A DNA stretch of 64,000 nucleotides from the human T2T-CHM13v2.0 reference genome, Homo sapiens, in assembly GCF_009914755.1 (NCBI RefSeq), contig NC_060934.1; one strand, written 5' to 3'. Below, piece after piece: positions 56,895 through 64,000 of this stretch. A model generated the notes under the pieces. It searched no databases. It was not told the origin of the DNA and was given only the letters and a program-made list of their open reading frames with translations. How positions within the stretch are numbered: the stretch's first letter is position 1; each line of letters starts with the position of its first letter. Made by a program: the position numbers and the translations under genes.

Positions 56895-59270
56895 TTAACC
56901 AACAGCAGGAGTTAATGAAACCAAAAGTATGTCATGAGGACAGAAAATGTCAAATATTTTACCAAAATCTTTGGGAAGTCTTTCAAATGTCAAACCAATC
57001 ACATCACTGAGATCCTGCACATAGAGCTCCTGGTTACCTCTTGACACAGGTAGCACCCTCTAAAGTGAGAGCACCAGTGGTGATATCCTTAGCCAAAGTG
57101 ATGAGAAGTTGTATGTTCCAGCAAAAGTAGCATAACACAAAAACATACAAGTGTTTGAGACAAAGAAGACTCTTAACCAGGGTTCCTAGCTTTCATTGAG
57201 AAAATCCTCTCAATACATCCTTATCACTCAAAAAATTGAAATCCATTATAATAATAATCATACTAATCTATTGATGAAATAATAAGAAACAGCGGAAGGA
57301 AGGATGGTAGGTAACAGTCGGCACAAGACACACAAAGAGGAAACTCTATGGGTTCTGCGTGCGTGAGTTGCTGAAAATGAGCTTTAAGGTTAAAGCCAGG
57401 AGTTTGGAATTAATGTGTAGCATGTGAAATATAAAAAACTCCATTCAATGCCCTCAATTTTATCAGAGGATTAGGGTAACCTCCTGGATACTTGCAGAAA
57501 AAAGAAAGCCAGCAATAAGCATTTGGCTGTGGCTTGGAGTTTTAATTTACTCTCAGCATGTAGCATGGGAACCTTTTTGCCTGAGTTGAGAAAATAGCCT
57601 ATAAACTAGCACTACAACCCCAGAAAAACACAGGGCCCCAGTAGAGACAAACAGAAGAACTTCCAACAGAGATGCCCACAGCCAAAAGCACATCTGGTCT
57701 CTAAAGAATAACTCATGATGCTAGTGATCTCACAGGAAAAATTACAACAAAGATAAGAAAAAAGCATATAAGAAAATCTTCATAAGAGAATTGTCAGCAG
57801 ATGTAGAAATCAATCCAGAATGCAGCCAAAGAGAAAACATGAACAATGTGTGAATTAAAAGCAGATAAATATAGCATACCAAATACCAAGGAAGAGAAAA
57901 ACATTACTCTGATAATTAATAGCGAAGCATAATCATCAAAAAGGCAAAGTACCACTATCGTCTCTGTCATCTAACTTCATACTGAAGCTTTAAGTAAGCC
58001 TAATAACAGAATAAGAAAAAAGAGAAAGAACATTACAAAATGAAATAAAACTATATTATTCTGCATTACAGAGGCTATGGTTTTATCTACTTAGAAAATA
58101 AAAAAATAAATAAATAGAGAATAGCTACCAAAACTAAAGAACTAATAAAATCAGCATACAGAAGACAGTCTTACATACAGACAACTATAACTAATTAGAA
58201 AATATAATTTTAACAGATTTTTTAATAAGAAATCTATTACATTTTCTGATTTTATTAGTGTATGTACATGGCAATGGCATACATAATTAAATGTATATTA
58301 CAAATGTAAACTAAGTATATATTGTAAAAAAATTAAAAATATCATATTCCCAACAGCTTCAAATGTTATATAACGTAGACTCTCAGGAGAATAGGTACTC
58401 TTAGAACTAGAAAAAAAAATTCAATAAATAGCACTGAGGAAATTGGGTGCCCACATGAAAATAATTAAATGTATTTCATATTTTTAAAAATCTACAGATG
58501 ACTTGAGCTAATTATAAAAAAAACTCTAAAACTTTGAGAAGAAAATATAGAATATTTTATGATATATAGCAAAAATGTAATATTTTCAAGGAAGAAAGTA
58601 AAACATATCGAAACCAAAGTTAAAGCAAACTGACTTCTATTTTATCAAGGCTTATCTAAAAACACAATAGCAATTCTTCAGAAATATCTGTGGAACCCTT
58701 CTAAATTAATTATAACCTCACTATAATAAAAAAGTAATATCTTCAAGAAAATAAGGCATTTTTAGAGACCATTTGTAGCCATAGTGCAATAAAACAAGAA
58801 GCAAAAACAAAGTAACAGAAAATAACCCAAATACTTTCCTATTCCAACAAACAAAAACCAAAACTCTTCTAAAGAATCCTTAGCTTAAATTGGAATCAAA
58901 GCTGCAATAACAAACATTTTGTTAGAAAATAACAGTAGACAATCATCATTTAAATTCTGTTGATAAAGTGCTCAGCATAAAAACCTGAGACTGAATTGCT
59001 ACTTTTCAGTAAAAACAACATAAACCAGAAGTCAGAAATAATTTTAAGAGAAGGAAAATCAAAAGTCAATGCATTTGAAAAAATAAAATTAATAAAATAT
59101 ATAAAATTAAGAAATAAATCAGTTTGGCTTGTAATAATTCCAGTAATGGAATGAAATAATTATTTAGAAAGCAAGGAAAAACATAAATGGAATGCTTCTC
59201 AGTATTTTCAAAATAAAAAAATTAAGTTAAAATTATAAAACATATATATGTGTATGCACAAATATAAATT

Positions 59271-59342
59271 GTATTTTTTTCTTTTTCCTTTTTTTCTTCT
59301 TTCTTCCTTTCTTCCTTCCGTTCTTTCTTCTTTCTTTCTTTC

Positions 59343-59394
<52 letters not shown>

Positions 59395-59707
59395 TTCTTT
59401 CTTTCTTCTTTCTTTTCCTTTCTCTCTTTCTTTCTTTCTTTTCTTTCTTTCTTCTTTCTTTTCCTTTCTCTCTTTCTTTCTTTCTTTTTTTTTGATAGGA
59501 CCTCACTCTGTTGCCTAGGTGGGAGTGCAGTGGTGCAATCACAGCTCACTGCAGCCTCCGCCTCGCCAGCTAGGTTTTTGGATTGTTTGCAGATATGGGT
59601 TTTCACCATGTTGCCCAGGCTGGTCTCAAACTTCTGGGCTCAAGCAATCCACCCACCTTAGACTCCCAAAGTGCTGGGATTACAGGCATGAGCCACCACA
59701 CCCAGCC
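59271..59707 (-). mobile_element. AluJ with an internal deletion and a ~220-bp (TTTC)n-expanded tail (59271-59492)
   Basis: Antisense Alu; TSD ACAAATATAAATT (59258-59270) / ACAAATAGAAATT (59708-59720). Confidence 0.9.
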
Positions 59708-60219
59708 ACAAATAGAAATTTTCCAATTTCCATTATGAATGAGAAAAATGAATAAAACAAGAATTATAAAATTAAATTTTTCAAACGCTAATTAAAAATA
59801 CTTGAAAAGTTTACCAGCCCCAATGTTTATATAATTCCATGCCATTTAAATTACTTTAAAGCATAGGCCATACAATGCAAACTCAATTCATTGAATAAGA
59901 CACACAAATGATACATGAAATCTGACAGTGATAGCAATACATTGAATATATAAATCAATTTGAATTATGAATAGTAATGCAGAAATGTGGAAATCAGTTC
60001 TTCCGTATACATATATACATTTGCATGCATGCCTGTGTGTCTGTGTATACTTGATTCTAAGGAATGAATGAAAATAATAGTTAACAAAATAGCCTAGACT
60101 TTATTCAATGTATTCAACTCTTGTCTTCAATATATTCCACTGAGAATGTTGTAGTTATAACACTATATCCTGTACCAAGCTTTCCATGTCAACTAGCTTT
60201 TTGTTTAGTCACGCATAGT

Positions 60220-60357
60220 ATGCTGTGGTTTGAATGTGTGCCCCAAAACCCATGTTGAAGTTCAGTTGCCATGGTGATGATATTAAGAGTCAGGGCCGTT
60301 AAGAGGTGATTAGTCCTGAGGGCTCTGCCCTCATGAATGGATTAATGCTGTTATTGT
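60220..60357 (+). mobile_element. MaLR LTR 5' fragment (MST/MLT1A-like)
   Basis: TGCTGTGGTTTGAATGTG...GGGCTCTGCCCTCATGAATGGATTAATG. Confidence 0.8.
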
Positions 60358-61144
60358 CCATCTCCTCTTTAAAATGATGCATCCAAAAGTCTCTGAAATG
60401 CATTTGATTTGTATAAAGAGTTATTGCCAAACTGCCCTTTTCAGTGACAACATTTATACACTAACAAACATGGTTTTTTGTGACACCTGATTCTTGCCCA
60501 GTGTTTATGGGGTACAGTGATTTCATGAAAAGCACACCTAGCTGAAATTTGGGGAACAATTGTTTCATGTAGAAAGAATGAATCTTAGATTGTATTAAAA
60601 TTCAAATATGCCATGACAAACAGCGACCTTTTCCAGAGGTTTTGTAATAATCACTCAGCATGAGGATGTCAATTAATAAATATGTGAAAGCACATTGATA
60701 GGCCACAGGAAAAATTCATGTAACCATCCTGAAATGCAGAAAGTATTAAAGAAATATCCATTTATCCTTAAAGACTCTTAGTAAAATATATTTGAAAAGT
60801 ACTTTCCTCACATAATGAAAGATAATTATCTAAAATAAATTGACAAATATCAAAATAGCAATAGAATTATAGAGGAATTCCTCTTAAATTTAAAACAAAA
60901 CTTAGACTTGTAGCATAAAACAAAGAAAAATAAAATTTAAAAAACTATTTTGGATTGCTGACCAAATTAATAACAAATAATCAAAATAATTAATATACGA
61001 GTAAAGAACATTATCAATATGTGCAGTTTTTTGTACTTGGAAACCCCAAGATAAATGAGAAACAACTTTGAACACTTCCCATGTTCAAAAAAAAAAGTGA
61101 CTGACTTTGAAATCTTCATACAAAAATCATTTAATTTATAATGT

Positions 61145-61785
61145 CTTATCTGTCCAGTATGGTGGCCATTGGTCATATGTGGCTGTTGATCATACAAAAT
61201 GTGTCTAGTCCAAATTAAGATGCTCTGCAAGTAAAATATGTGTATTAGAATTCAAAGACTTCATGTAGAAAAAAAGAAATGTAAAATAACTCATTTTACT
61301 TTTTAATTTTTATTAGATGTTGACATGATAATATTTGGACATATTGAATGAAGTAAAATATGTTAAAATTAATCCATCTGTTTCTTTTTACTCTTTTAAT
61401 GTGGATAGTGGAAAATTTTTAATTGCATACATGGCTTGCATATGACTCACATTATATTTCCTTTTTCTTTTTTTTTGAGACAGAGTCTCAGTCTGTCACC
61501 CTGAAGTACAGTGGAGTGGTCTTGGCTCACTGCAACTTCTGCCTCCCAGGTTCAAGAGATTTTTCTGCTTCATCCTCCTGAGCACCTGGGAATACAGGCA
61601 TGCGCCACCACACCCAACTACTTTTTGTACTTTTAGTGGAGATGGGGTTTTGCCATGTTGACCAGGCTGGTCTCGAACTCGTAGCCTCAAGTGATCTGCC
61701 CGCTTCAGCTTTCTAGAGTGCTTGGATTACAGGTGTGAGCCACCAGACCCGGCTTCACATTATATTTCTATTAAACCACATTGCC
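61145..61785. mobile_element. MER33-like hAT element interrupted by an Alu
   Basis: CTGTCCAGTATGGTGGCCA...ATGTGTCTAGTCCAAATTAAGATG...CACATTATATTTC. Confidence 0.75.
61461..61754 (-). mobile_element. Alu (AluS)
   Basis: Antisense dimer; TSD TCACATTATATTTC (61447-61460 / 61755-61768). Confidence 0.94.
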
Positions 61786-61796
61786 CTATGCAAATA

Positions 61797-62094
61797 TTTT
61801 TTTTTTTTTTTTTGAGACTTAGTCTCGCTCTGTCGCCTAAGTGCAGTGGTGCAATCTCGGCTCACTGCAACCTGTGTTCAAGCGATTCTCCTGCCTCAGC
61901 CTCCCGAGTAGCTGAGATTACAGGCACCCACCGCCACGCCTGGCTAATTTTTGTATTTTTGGTAAAGACAGGGCTTCACCATGTTGGCCAGGCAAGTCTC
62001 GAACTCCTGACCTCAGGTGATCCGCCCACCTCAGCCTCCCAAAGTGCTCCCAAAGTACTCCCAAAGTACAGGCATGAGCCACCACACCCAGCCA
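61797..62094 (-). mobile_element. Alu (AluS) with deletions and an internal 11-mer triplication
   Basis: Antisense dimer; TSD GCAAATA. Confidence 0.92.
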
Positions 62095-64000
62095 GCAAAT
62101 AAAAAATTTTTAAAAAAGATAATATGATAGGGAAATTATTTCTTTTTGTAAAAGCAGTGCAAAGTCAGTAAACTCTAGGTATAAAAATATAAGATAGTAT
62201 AAGATGCTGCAGCAACTGTATGATTAAAACTATGAAGCTATGTTTTGGGCTGTGTGTGTGTGAGACAGAGAGAGCAACAGAAAGAGAGGAAAGAAAAGAG
62301 AGAGAGAGAAAGACAGAGAAGAAGGTTCCTGCCATGCTCCTTATTTGAAAATCATGTCATATGACAAAGTGTAGTTTAAATTATACTGCCTAGAACTCTT
62401 TATTCAGTATGATCCAATATCAAATTATCAATATTATAAAGAAGGAAATGCTTGCTAAAGTGATTGGTAAATTCAATACAGTTTTCATTAAAAATATATT
62501 TTGGAAAGGGTTTGAACTATTTTAAAATTCTTCAGAATAAACACCTGAGAAAACCAGAACAAAAACCAGTACCTATGAACAATAGAAAATAAAGAAGACA
62601 TTTTAACTAAGTAAGAAAATAATGCATTATTTAATATTGGGCTAGCTCTCTAACCATATGGAAATGAAAGTATAAAATTCAATTATTTTTCTTACAATTC
62701 ACACAAAATAAATTTTAGAGGATTAAAGTTTTACATATGATACAATGACAAAGTAATATAAGTAAACCAAACAATCAAAAATATAATCTTATTGGATGGA
62801 AAGCATACTTACACATGATACAAATGTTAGAATTATTATAGAAATGATTATAAATAAACAGAAAGTGAAATGGGATAAGTTGTTCAACCTCACTGTAGCG
62901 AAGAAAATGCAAACTAAAGGATGCTAATTACTCAGAAATTGAAATTTATCACCATTCATTAAATTAACACTATTTTCCAGGAGAAGTGACAAATACCAAA
63001 GGTAGGAATATAGGAATGAAGATGTTATAAAGAAAAAAGCCATAACAAACAATCAATTCAGTAATTCATTTTACTTTTCTCTTTTCCTCATGCAAGTTCC
63101 CTTTGATGGAAAATTATTGTTGGAGGAATGTGGTATCCTGATCCAAAATGATAATAATGTGGTATGCATATAACTATTTACTTTCTTGTAATGTGTAGCA
63201 AGGTTTGTAGACTGAATTTTAGTTTGTGGAATGAATAAATATCATCTATATGAACATGATTTTTTGAATTATTTTGAAATGTCAGCTCTTAACTGACATA
63301 GCAAGTCATCTCTAAGTAATAAAATTTAATATCAGATTTGATTTCCACTCAGAATTTGTGTGTTTAAGGTTTTCATTGCAAAAAAGATAATATAGCTTTG
63401 CAGAAGTTAGACAGTTATTTCCTATTCAATTGCTTTGATGTGCCTATTTCTTTGAACAAAATCTCTTTTTAAATGCTCTTTTGATATGTGAGCTCATGGT
63501 TGCTCTGAAATTAATCCCAAATGCAAAATGCTCGTGAAGAATTTAGAGTTTGCTAAAAGTAGTTATTTTGATACATTTGTTGATATTTTCTTGATAGGGA
63601 ATGAACCATAATTTACTTTAATTATTTTTACGTGTGAATGTACGAAAGTAAACAGCAGCAACCACCACTTTCTAAAGCAGAAAGTATTTTGTGGCCAGGT
63701 TTTCTCTTGGCTCTTAGGAGGGCCTTCTCGTCTTTATTGTGATGCTGACATGTGATACAGACAATGAAGACTGAAGTGGTCAGCCTGAACAATAACAAAA
63801 ATGACCACAACTAGTCACAGACTTAGAAAACACTTCTTTCACACTTTTGTCTATAAAGATCTGCTTATATTGAATGGAAATGAACCCTAAAAATAGTCTA
63901 GTTTAAGGATAAGGATCACATTTTATAATTTGCTTGAGGTTGGTTGGGCTAGTAGCTAATTTAAATATAGGTCTAAATGTTCTAGTATAACATTGTTTCT

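Noticed and set aside
59208-59661. Lys/Glu/Arg-rich and Phe/Leu/Ser-rich ORFs
   Set aside because: They arise from the stop-free (TTTC)n simple repeat.

Overview
Primate (human-like) nuclear DNA, AT-rich and dense in repeats. The only protein-coding sequence I can support is one 74-nt + strand exon (36009-36082). It encodes (R)CKEGYQGVRCDQFLPKTDSILSDP(T), which I recognise as the C-terminal end of the EGF-like domain of neuregulin-3 (NRG3; from memory exon 3, human 10q23). Everything else is the two large flanking introns. These hold about 22 Alu copies, many with recognisable target-site duplications (TSDs); L1, L2 and MIR fragments; several MaLR/ERVL LTRs; hAT-type MITEs; simple repeats; and one full-length THE1B-like provirus with both LTRs, a 5-bp TSD and a 358-codon open internal frame. 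The other ORFs in the track appear to be repeat-derived or chance ORFs. I found no evidence of a new multi-gene system. The most notable observations are: a ~450-bp unidentified poly(A)-tailed retro-insertion splitting an L2; a complex templated insertion in an MST LTR; a twin-primed L1 whose target site was reused by an Alu; a tailless TSD-flanked Alu; a near-perfect MER53 hairpin; two local duplications; and possible alternative-isoform features of NRG3. Repeat subfamily calls come from recalled consensus sequences, not from a search, and boundaries of old repeats are approximate.
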